The notes under the pieces: model-generated
Seen by the model: the letters and a program-made list of their open reading frames with translations, nothing else
Databases searched by the model: none
What the model was told of the DNA's origin: nothing
Part shown: positions 1 through 6,808 of the stretch, piece by piece
Layout of the letters: every line of letters begins with the position of its first letter
Numbering within the stretch: position 1 is the stretch's first letter
Made by a program: the position numbers and the translations under genes
Assembly: GCA_013151965.1 (NCBI GenBank)
Contig: JAADHF010000135.1
Coordinates: 32,580 to 96,579, forward strand
DNA from: Spirochaetota bacterium
GTDB lineage: Bacteria > Spirochaetota > Spirochaetia > SZUA-6
Direction: 5' to 3'
Length of the DNA: 64,000 nucleotides

Positions 1-405
1 ACACTTATAACACAGCGAATCACCGGAATCGATCAACAGAAACTTATTATTAGAGGAATGCGGGTTGTGGCAGGAGCTGCATTTATCCAGTGTGCCGTGT
101 TTGTACTTCCGTTCGAATTTATTCTTTACATCTTCATGGCAGGTATAACATAAATCAGGTTCTTTTGCTTTTAACCTCAGGCTTCCGACCAGACCATGGC
201 GCTCGTGACAGGCATCACAATTCCCTTTCTCTACAGGCGCATGTATATTCCCTGCTTCCTCAAACTTATTAACTTCCTTTCGATGACAATCCTGGCACGA
301 TCTGGCCGGACGCCTCGGCTGATACGCACACCCGGTAATCAGGGAAGTAAGAGCTCCAACAAAGATGAGGGAAGCAAAAACCATATATTTTCGATTAATC
401 GTCAT
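1..405 (-). CDS. Multiheme c-type cytochrome, lipoprotein (N-terminal 135 aa only; continues past the window start)
   Basis: Manual minus-strand translation from ATG at 405..403 gives MTINRKYMVFASLIFVGALTSLITGC (lipobox), then CQDCH, CDACH, CYTCH, CSSCH and CYKC cut by the window edge. It is absent from the ORF track because there is no stop in the window. It starts 15 nt after the PPIase stop. Confidence 0.8.
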   Translation of the reverse strand, partial: MTINRKYMVFASLIFVGALTSLITGCAYQPRRPARSCQDCHRKEVNKFEEAGNIHAPVEKGNCDACHERHGLVGSLRLKAKEPDLCYTCHEDVKNKFERKYKHGTLDKCSSCHNPHSSNNKFLLIDSGDSLCYKC

Positions 406-420
406 ATTCCCGGTAATCTC

Positions 421-1905
421 CTATTTAATAATTTTCCTGTCGGCATAAAGACCGGCCGACAGAACGTCCTTGTAAATCTTAATTTTGGAGCCTTTTTTAA
501 GAATTTTGATCCATCTCTCTACCTCCGCTTTTCTTTTTATTTTCAGCAGAAGTTCCCTGACCTTTTCATAAACTTCCTTGAAAGGCTGAACCTTTCCTTT
601 CTTAAAATCCTCCGCTTTAAGGATATGCCAGCCGAATCTTGTTTTAACGGGACCGGAAATTTCACCCGGTTTTAAGGAAAAAGCAGCTTTCTCAAATTCC
701 GGAATTACAGTACCCCGGACTATATATCCCAGATCTCCGCCTTTAGAAGCTGAAAAGTCGATAGATTTCTCCCTTGCAAGTACCTTAAAATCCTCTCCCT
801 TCTTTAATTTTTCCAGTATATCCTCCGCCTCTTTTTTGGTGCTCACCAGAATATGTCTTATTTTGACCCTGTCCGGCTCCCTGAACTCATCCTTGTGAGA
901 TTCGTAGTAAGCCTCTGTTTCGTCCTTAGTGAGATGCACACCTTCAATTATTTCTTTATATAGTTTTTCATAGACAGCTTCCCTTTTAAAATTGCGTACA
1001 GCGGCAATGATATCCGGCAGATTATCATATCCCCGTTTCAGGGCTTCCAGCTTAAGAAGCTTCCGGGCTAAAACAAGATCACTGCTGTGATGCGGCATCA
1101 GAGGATCTTTGCCGGCAGATACGGCATATTTCTTTTTTAACTCATCTATAAATTCCTTGTACCTCTTATTTCTCTTTCTTAACTTTAGAATTCGTTTTAT
1201 ATCATTCTTTACCTTGCTAAAATCCTTTTTTTCGAAATTTTCCTTTTCATCCGCCCTCAGGACACAATAATAGCCCGGACGGACTTTAACAGGACCGCTC
1301 ACAGCCCCGGAAGAAAGAGAAAAAACCACTTTTTCGATTTCAGGGTCCAATGTGCCCCACCTTACAAAACCCAACAGTCCTCCCTCAGATGCTGAGGGAT
1401 CGATGGATTTCTCTCTTGCCAGCTCACTGAAATTCCTGCCCTTTCCAAGTTCCTTTAATACTTCTTTCGCTTCCTCCTCGGTCTTAAGAAGAATCCAGCT
1501 TACTTTAACAGCCCTTCCGTAAAACCGGGAATATATCTCTTCGATCTCCGAACCGGAAACAGTAACTTTTTTATTCACCTCATCGTTGTATAATCTGTCG
1601 ATTATTCTATCGGTTCTATACTGATCTGCCTTTCTGATTATCTCAGGGTCTTTATCCAGTCCGATCCGGTATCCCTCCTGAATAATCAGAACTTTATCTA
1701 TCTCTGCATTGAGAAACCTTAACCTGTCGGTTTCGCTTTCCAGCAGGGCCAGGTGTCCCGAATGCCGCTTCTCGAATCTTCCCTTAAGATCCTGCACTGT
1801 TATCGATTCCCCGTTTATCCTGGCAACGACCTGCTTTCCGCCTCCCGGCAAGGAGGTGCACCCGGTAAAATTCAGCAGCAGTAAGATACCCAGAAGCAGC
1901 TTCAC
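421..1905 (-). CDS. SurA/PrsA-like peptidyl-prolyl isomerase lipoprotein with two parvulin (PpiC) domains
   Basis: The N-terminus MKLLLGILLLLNFTGC has a lipobox. There are two PpiC-like segments (VKVSWILLKTEEEAKEV...GPVKVRPGYYCVLR and VKIRHILVSTKKEAEDI...GPVKTRFGWHILK). Confidence 0.85.
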   Translation of the reverse strand: MKLLLGILLLLNFTGCTSLPGGGKQVVARINGESITVQDLKGRFEKRHSGHLALLESETDRLRFLNAEIDKVLIIQEGYRIGLDKDPEIIRKADQYRTDRIIDRLYNDEVNKKVTVSGSEIEEIYSRFYGRAVKVSWILLKTEEEAKEVLKELGKGRNFSELAREKSIDPSASEGGLLGFVRWGTLDPEIEKVVFSLSSGAVSGPVKVRPGYYCVLRADEKENFEKKDFSKVKNDIKRILKLRKRNKRYKEFIDELKKKYAVSAGKDPLMPHHSSDLVLARKLLKLEALKRGYDNLPDIIAAVRNFKREAVYEKLYKEIIEGVHLTKDETEAYYESHKDEFREPDRVKIRHILVSTKKEAEDILEKLKKGEDFKVLAREKSIDFSASKGGDLGYIVRGTVIPEFEKAAFSLKPGEISGPVKTRFGWHILKAEDFKKGKVQPFKEVYEKVRELLLKIKRKAEVERWIKILKKGSKIKIYKDVLSAGLYADRKIIK

Positions 1906-1908
1906 TCT

Positions 1909-3825
1909 TTACCTCTCCCTTTCTTTTATTTTAAACTTTAAAGTCTTTATCCATTTTTCGGCATTATTGACTGCCCGCTGATCATCCGAGTTTTCCGCGA
2001 TATCTTTATATACACTCAAAGCCTTCTCTAAGGACATCTGCTGATAAAATATACCGGCCATATTCATTTTAGCCCTGTCCGCATAGGCACCGCCTAAGGA
2101 AATAAGCTTTTTAAGGGTTTTTACAGCACCCTTTAAATCACCCTGGCTCTTGTATATATTGGCTGTATGGAATAGAGACTTCTCTGTGATTACTTTATCA
2201 TTTCCGGAAGAGATTTTACTGTAAATTTTTAAAGCCTCTGTAAACCTGCCCAGTTCCTCATAGCACCTGGCCACCTTATAAATTATCCTGTCATCAGTCT
2301 TTTCCCCGGCAGCAAAACCGGCCAGTTCGATCAGAGCCTGCCTGTACTTCCCGGAGGAATAGTAAATATCCCCTAACTTAAGCCGAATATCATCCGCACT
2401 CTTACCACTCAGTTTAGATTTATCCGCTTTTAAGAAAAAATTCCGGGCCTGCCCGCGGTCTCCCAGGTTCCAATAAGACAACCCCATCCTGTACTCGATC
2501 TCTTCTATTAATAACCCTTCTGATTTTTCACCGGAAGCCTTCTGAAAAGCTGCTTGAAAGTGACTGATAGACTCTCTCCACCTTTTAAGGTTCTGTAACG
2601 ACAGACCTGCCAGGTATTCCGCCTGCCGGATATTCTTATCGGAAGGGAACTTCTTTATAAAGCCGTACAGGGTTTTCAGAGAATCCTCATAATCTTTAAG
2701 CCGGTACCGGCTTTCTCCCAGGCGCATGACCGCCTCCGGAACAAGCCGGCTTTCAGGATACTTAGTTAAATAATTCTTATAGAAGTCCAGGGCTTTACCG
2801 TATTCTCCTTTATCAAAGAACAGGTTCCCCATCTCCAGGTAAGCATCACCTGCCCACCGGCTATTAGAACCTGCGGCTGCTTTCTGCAGTTCATTAAGAG
2901 CCTTACTGTAATTCTTTAAGATCCTGTTAATGCGGCCGATCCTGAAACGGATTTCCAGTGTCCTGCTGTCCGGATATTTTATCCTGTACCTCTGCCAGGA
3001 AGCCAGAGCTTTATCCTCCATCCCCGACTTTTCATACGAAATCCCCAACATGTACATCAAATTCATAGAGGACTGCCGGTCTGCTGAACTTTTAAGGGCG
3101 TACTCCAGTTTTTGAACAGCTAAATCGTAACTGCCCCTATTGTAGTAAAGCTTTGCCAGCCTGACGCCTATATCTTCTCCGTCATCTGTTTTTACGGCAC
3201 TGCCGGATTTACCGCTGCCGCGGGGCGGATTCCGCAAAGTTAAAAGCATTTCGGCAACAGTCTTTTCTGCCAGGGCATTTACAGAACGTATTTCCCCGAT
3301 ATCTAAAATCGCCGCCCTGTCATCACCATAACGGGAGTTAACCGCCGACCAGATAACCTCACCGCTTTTTGTATCGAGCATACGGGCATCTATCCTTACT
3401 GCCGGAATTCCTTTTTTCGGGCCGCTTACTTCTTCCCCGTATTCCTCCACAGATCCCACAATGACACCACCGGCATTAAGTTCTTTCCTGAAAGCATAGA
3501 GCGTCTCGAAGTCGATCTCCCCTTTTACCTTAACTCTTTTTTCCAGGAGGAGAGCACGTGCATCACCCGGTTTTACAATCCCGAATCTTCCCATTTTGTT
3601 TAATTCAACTACAAACATATTCCTCACAACATCGCCTGCGCCTTTGCTGCCGCTTAAGTTTTCGAAAGGAAGGACAGCAATCAATTTTAAATCCTTCCAG
3701 TCTTTATCTTTCTTCATATATATACCTGGATGCATACAGGCATTCAAAAAGGACATGAGCATCACAACAAGCAAGATTCTTCCCGTCCTGATGAGGATTT
3801 TTTTTTGACTTAAAATGAGCTTCAT
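1909..3825 (-). CDS. Lipoprotein: N-terminal CsgG/LpoB/TolB-N-like domain fused to a long TPR array
   Basis: The start is re-called at the internal Met (MKLILSQKK...LMSFLNAC lipobox), 1 nt after the upstream stop at 3827..3829. The N-terminal domain IAVLPFENLSGSKGAGDVVRNMFVVELNKMGRF...VIVGSVEEYGEE...ARMLDTKSGEVIWS is paralogous to the two upstream genes. The remainder is TPR-like repeats. Confidence 0.7.
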   Translation of the reverse strand: MKLILSQKKILIRTGRILLVVMLMSFLNACMHPGIYMKKDKDWKDLKLIAVLPFENLSGSKGAGDVVRNMFVVELNKMGRFGIVKPGDARALLLEKRVKVKGEIDFETLYAFRKELNAGGVIVGSVEEYGEEVSGPKKGIPAVRIDARMLDTKSGEVIWSAVNSRYGDDRAAILDIGEIRSVNALAEKTVAEMLLTLRNPPRGSGKSGSAVKTDDGEDIGVRLAKLYYNRGSYDLAVQKLEYALKSSADRQSSMNLMYMLGISYEKSGMEDKALASWQRYRIKYPDSRTLEIRFRIGRINRILKNYSKALNELQKAAAGSNSRWAGDAYLEMGNLFFDKGEYGKALDFYKNYLTKYPESRLVPEAVMRLGESRYRLKDYEDSLKTLYGFIKKFPSDKNIRQAEYLAGLSLQNLKRWRESISHFQAAFQKASGEKSEGLLIEEIEYRMGLSYWNLGDRGQARNFFLKADKSKLSGKSADDIRLKLGDIYYSSGKYRQALIELAGFAAGEKTDDRIIYKVARCYEELGRFTEALKIYSKISSGNDKVITEKSLFHTANIYKSQGDLKGAVKTLKKLISLGGAYADRAKMNMAGIFYQQMSLEKALSVYKDIAENSDDQRAVNNAEKWIKTLKFKIKERER

Positions 3826-3826
3826 T

Positions 3827-4390
3827 CTAAAATTCCGGTATGGAAGCAACCATTTTCCTGATAATAATCCGCGACAACTCCTGGGCGGTAGAGACCTTGC
3901 CGAAACCGAAGAACCCCTTAAAATCCTCGCCCGTATATGCAAGGGAACTACTCCATAAAATATCGGTTGTGTTGAGATCGATCATAACCAGATTGATTCC
4001 CACTTCAGGGTTTTCTCCCGAGTCATACTGCTCCACACGGCCTATAATAAGCCCCTCGATTCCGAGCTCTTTCTTTAGCTTTCGTGCCAGGGAGGTCGAT
4101 ACCATGTCCAGACACCGCAGTCTTTCCATTTCCAGAAACTTCTCCACCTTTCCCGGATCTGTCAAAATATACCTGCCGGACTTTAAAAGTTCCAGCTTCA
4201 GAACATTCCCGACCTTCTCTTCCGCAAGGAAGCTGCCGCTCAAGTTTACCAATGGCATGACCCCTATTTTAATTCTCTGCACTTCCTTTTTACTTCCGGA
4301 GGAATAGGAAAACACAGGACAGACCATCAAAATTATAAACACGGCAATTGCAACCGGGATCCTTAACAGATATTTTCCCGTAAAGCACAC
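3827..4390 (-). CDS. Secreted/lipoprotein, CsgG/LpoB-like single-domain paralogue
   Basis: It has a hydrophobic N-terminus. IGVMPLVNLSGSFLAEEKVGNVLKLELLKSGRY...LIIGRVEQYDSGENPEVGINLVMIDLNTTDILWS matches the shared motif pattern of its neighbours. It lies 2 nt from the upstream gene. Confidence 0.6.
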   Translation of the reverse strand: MCFTGKYLLRIPVAIAVFIILMVCPVFSYSSGSKKEVQRIKIGVMPLVNLSGSFLAEEKVGNVLKLELLKSGRYILTDPGKVEKFLEMERLRCLDMVSTSLARKLKKELGIEGLIIGRVEQYDSGENPEVGINLVMIDLNTTDILWSSSLAYTGEDFKGFFGFGKVSTAQELSRIIIRKMVASIPEF

Positions 4391-4392
4391 AT

Positions 4393-4998
4393 CTATTTCT
4401 CCGCAGGAATTTGTATGACAAGCGACCTCACCATCTGCCTGATCACTTTTCGGGTAAGTTCGCTTATATAAGGGGTTTCACCGATTCCCAGAAAGCTGAC
4501 CGTAGATCCCCCGCCCTCCGAGTTACTGCTCATCCAGATAACGATATCTGTATTTGTATCTACCATACGCAGGTTAATGGCTACTTCGGGAAAAGATCCC
4601 GCCCCTGTAGAAACGGATTTATTGTATTCCTCGACAACACCAAAGATGATAGCCTGAACACCGAGGCTCTTTCCAAGCTTTTTAATCATGGATGCATCGA
4701 TATTATCCGGCTTATCGATCTTCATTTCACTTAACACTTTTTCCATTTCACCGAATTCCAGCACATCGAAGTAACCCAATGACAAAAGCTCGGTAACAAA
4801 TATGTCCCTGACTTTTTGTTCGGCATGCGGACTGTCCGTCAGATTTAAAAACGGCATTACCGCGACCCTTTTAATGGACAAAAAATCTGCGTTCGGATGG
4901 ACATAGGATTTGGACCGAATCCCTGCGCATCCCTCGATTATCACAAGTGAAAGAATTAACACGCTTGCAGTCAGCAGGTTTTTCATTATACTCACCAA
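4393..4998 (-). CDS. Lipoprotein, CsgG/LpoB-like single-domain paralogue
   Basis: The signal peptide and lipobox are LSLVIIEGC. VAVMPFLNLTDSPHAEQKVRDIFVTELLSLGYF...IIFGVVEEYNKS...PEVAINLRMVDTNTDIVIWM follows the same pattern as 3827..4390 and the N-terminus of 1909..3825. Confidence 0.6.
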   Translation of the reverse strand: MVSIMKNLLTASVLILSLVIIEGCAGIRSKSYVHPNADFLSIKRVAVMPFLNLTDSPHAEQKVRDIFVTELLSLGYFDVLEFGEMEKVLSEMKIDKPDNIDASMIKKLGKSLGVQAIIFGVVEEYNKSVSTGAGSFPEVAINLRMVDTNTDIVIWMSSNSEGGGSTVSFLGIGETPYISELTRKVIRQMVRSLVIQIPAEK

Positions 4999-5080
4999 AT
5001 CCTTTATATTTCACAGTTTTATCAGCGATATTAAGCACAGGCAGAGACTTAGGCCGATTATACAAAGCCCCCCCTCTTAT

Positions 5081-5545
5081 TCAGGGGTACAACCTCCGTC
5101 CGGTGTCATGGCAGCCGCTCTGATTGCAGCTTATATAATCCCCCCCTGTGGTTAAAAATCCCATTCCCGTTCCCAGGGATGAAGAACTCTTTTCACCATA
5201 CAGTATCGTAAAATAGTACCGCTCATCGGTGTCGAGACCGGTTATAACAAAATTACCGAAACTATCCGTCTCCGCCTTAAAAAAACTCTTGTTGTCATCC
5301 GACACAGCCGTAACCACAGCTCCTTCGGCTGCAGAACTGCCGATGAGGTCTATAAAAACCGTCCCGGCAGCTGTGTCGGCCTCATACGTTCCCATATTGA
5401 ATTCTGTTCCTCTGGTTTCGTGACACGGACTATAGCAGTCATATCCGTTCTTGTGATATGAACTGTTTCCGGATGAGGTCGACTCAATATTACAGGCCGT
5501 AATAAACATTAAGCTTACTATCAGGCATCCTAAACGTATCTTCAT
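5081..5545 (-). CDS. Small lipoprotein with CX3CH and CX4CH motifs flanking a carboxypeptidase-regulatory-like beta-sandwich segment
   Basis: MKIRLGCLIVSLMFITAC has a lipobox. The motifs are CYSPCH (CX3CH) and CNQSGCH (CX4CH). The middle segment FFKAETDSFGNFVITGLDTDERYYFTILY looks like a CarboxypepD_reg-type fold. It is the first gene of the minus operon. Confidence 0.55.
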   Translation of the reverse strand: MKIRLGCLIVSLMFITACNIESTSSGNSSYHKNGYDCYSPCHETRGTEFNMGTYEADTAAGTVFIDLIGSSAAEGAVVTAVSDDNKSFFKAETDSFGNFVITGLDTDERYYFTILYGEKSSSSLGTGMGFLTTGGDYISCNQSGCHDTGRRLYP

Positions 5546-5562
5546 CCTTGTATTCTGAGATT

Positions 5563-5591
5563 ATTTTATAAAAAAAAAGTCAATATGTCAA
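5563..5591 (-). promoter_or_regulatory. Candidate sigma70 promoter for the minus-strand lipoprotein/PPIase/cytochrome operon
   Basis: On the minus strand: TTGACA (5591..5586), 17-nt spacer, TAAAAT (5568..5563). The ATG of 5081..5545 lies about 18 nt downstream of the -10. Confidence 0.4.
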
Positions 5592-5609
5592 GAAACCGAG
5601 TATTTTTTC

Positions 5610-5637
5610 TTGACATTATATTTATTTATGCTAAAAT
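5610..5637 (+). promoter_or_regulatory. Candidate sigma70 promoter for the cytochrome/beta-barrel/ccsBA operon
   Basis: TTGACA (5610..5615), 16-nt spacer, TAAAAT (5632..5637), about 105 nt upstream of the ATG at 5744 in an AT-rich divergent intergenic region. Confidence 0.45.
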
Positions 5638-5743
5638 ATTCACGATAAGTAAATAAACTAAGTATATGTGTTCTTTTATAAATTAAATTACTGTTATTTT
5701 GATTAAGAATGCAGATTTATGCTTTTTAGAGGAGGGTAAGTGT

Positions 5744-6721
5744 ATGAGAAAAAAATTGATTCTTTCCATCTGTGCGGTTGTGTTTCTGGCCTATCCAGTC
5801 CTGGCGGTTCACAAAGGAGCCGGCGGACTGGACTGTTCCGGGTGCCATATTATGCACGGCAGCGTGGATGGTACGAATGTGGGCACACAGGACTATCTGC
5901 TCAGAGGCTCTACGCAGTCTCTCTGCCTTTCCTGTCATGACAGTACAGGATCTAACTATACAACCTATTCAGGTACAGTCCCGGTAGTTAAGGATGCCAC
6001 AGACAGCCCTGCAAGCGGAGACTTTGCGAATCTGGACCCGACCAACGATGCACCGGGCACCCTTAATTCGGGCAATGGCCACAACCTTGGTGAGGGCGGA
6101 AGCTCTGTAACCCCGGCAGGCGGATCTCCAATCTCCGGCTTTACATGCACTAACTGCCACGATCCCCATGGTGCGGGAGCCACGGACACCTCTACTGTAT
6201 CTGCTTACAGGAACCTTAAATTTACACCTGTGGGGGGAAGCACAACGGTATCGGTAATAAGGGCTCTGCCCCTGGAAGGTACTTTAAGCGGCGATGTGTA
6301 TCCGTTAGCTGACAATTCCTATGGTACCGCCGGAGCCGGAATAAGCAACATATCAGCCTGGTGCGGCTCCTGCCACACTAACTTCTTCGGTGATGCCAAT
6401 ACGGGAACCGGTTCCCCATTTACCAGACACCCGACATCCAATAGTACGACACTGTATACGCTTGGTGATGTCGATTTCAGCAACTATTATGCAGTTGCCG
6501 AAGGCAGCAGGTACCCTGCCGAAGATACGGCATCGAGCACTAACGCTAACTCCGGTAACGCCACCAACAAGTCCGCGGGGAACGAGGCTACCGACAGTGT
6601 TTTCTGTCTTTCCTGCCATAAGCCCCATGCCAGTGCGAATCCCGATGCTCTGCGGTGGAGCTATGCTCAGACAGCTCAATTATCCCCGGCCAGTGCCTGC
6701 CAGCAGTGCCATAACAAATAA
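5744..6721 (+). CDS. Secreted hexaheme c-type cytochrome, OmcS-like
   Basis: The start is re-called at MRKKLILSICAVVFLAYPVLA (GGAGGG RBS upstream). There are six CXXCH motifs (CSGCH, CLSCH, CTNCH, CGSCH, CLSCH, CQQCH). The mature protein has exactly 12 Cys and 12 His. The motif order and flanks (VHKGAGGLDCSGCHIMHGS, LLRGSTQSLCLSCH, CTNCHDPHG, AYRNL, WCGSCH, RHP, CLSCHKPHAS, CQQCH at the C-terminus) resemble OmcS as I recall it. Confidence 0.85.
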   Translation: MRKKLILSICAVVFLAYPVLAVHKGAGGLDCSGCHIMHGSVDGTNVGTQDYLLRGSTQSLCLSCHDSTGSNYTTYSGTVPVVKDATDSPASGDFANLDPTNDAPGTLNSGNGHNLGEGGSSVTPAGGSPISGFTCTNCHDPHGAGATDTSTVSAYRNLKFTPVGGSTTVSVIRALPLEGTLSGDVYPLADNSYGTAGAGISNISAWCGSCHTNFFGDANTGTGSPFTRHPTSNSTTLYTLGDVDFSNYYAVAEGSRYPAEDTASSTNANSGNATNKSAGNEATDSVFCLSCHKPHASANPDALRWSYAQTAQLSPASACQQCHNK

Positions 6722-6741
6722 AAAACAAAGTGCGATTTTAA

Positions 6742-6781
6742 GTATAGATCATCCCGGTTAAATCCCGGTGATGATCTATAC
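6742..6781 (+). other. Intercistronic stem-loop (perfect 12-bp inverted repeat)
   Basis: GTATAGATCATC (6742..6753) pairs with GATGATCTATAC (6770..6781). The 16-nt loop CCGGTTAAATCCCGGT can itself pair CCGG/CCGG. There is no downstream T-tract. It lies between the hexaheme gene stop and the beta-barrel start. Confidence 0.5.
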
Positions 6782-6808
6782 AACATTTCCAAACAGGCGC
6801 GGAGCAAT

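Noticed and set aside
3826-3942. An N-terminal extension of the TPR lipoprotein ORF (the track start at 3942), which would overlap the upstream gene by 116 nt.
   Set aside because: The extension (MHIRARILRGSSVSARS...) has no signal character. The internal Met at 3825 gives a textbook signal peptide and lipobox and sits 1 nt after the upstream stop. The same logic was used to trim 27676..27780, 40673..40828, 53714..53770, 58505..58528 and 5699..5743.
5546-5743. A possible cyclic-dinucleotide (GEMM-type) riboswitch in the leader of the OmcS-like gene, by analogy with Geobacter omcS regulation.
   Set aside because: The leader is extremely AT-rich. It has none of the GC-rich paired elements or the tetraloop/receptor features of GEMM-I, and no convincing conserved structure is visible.
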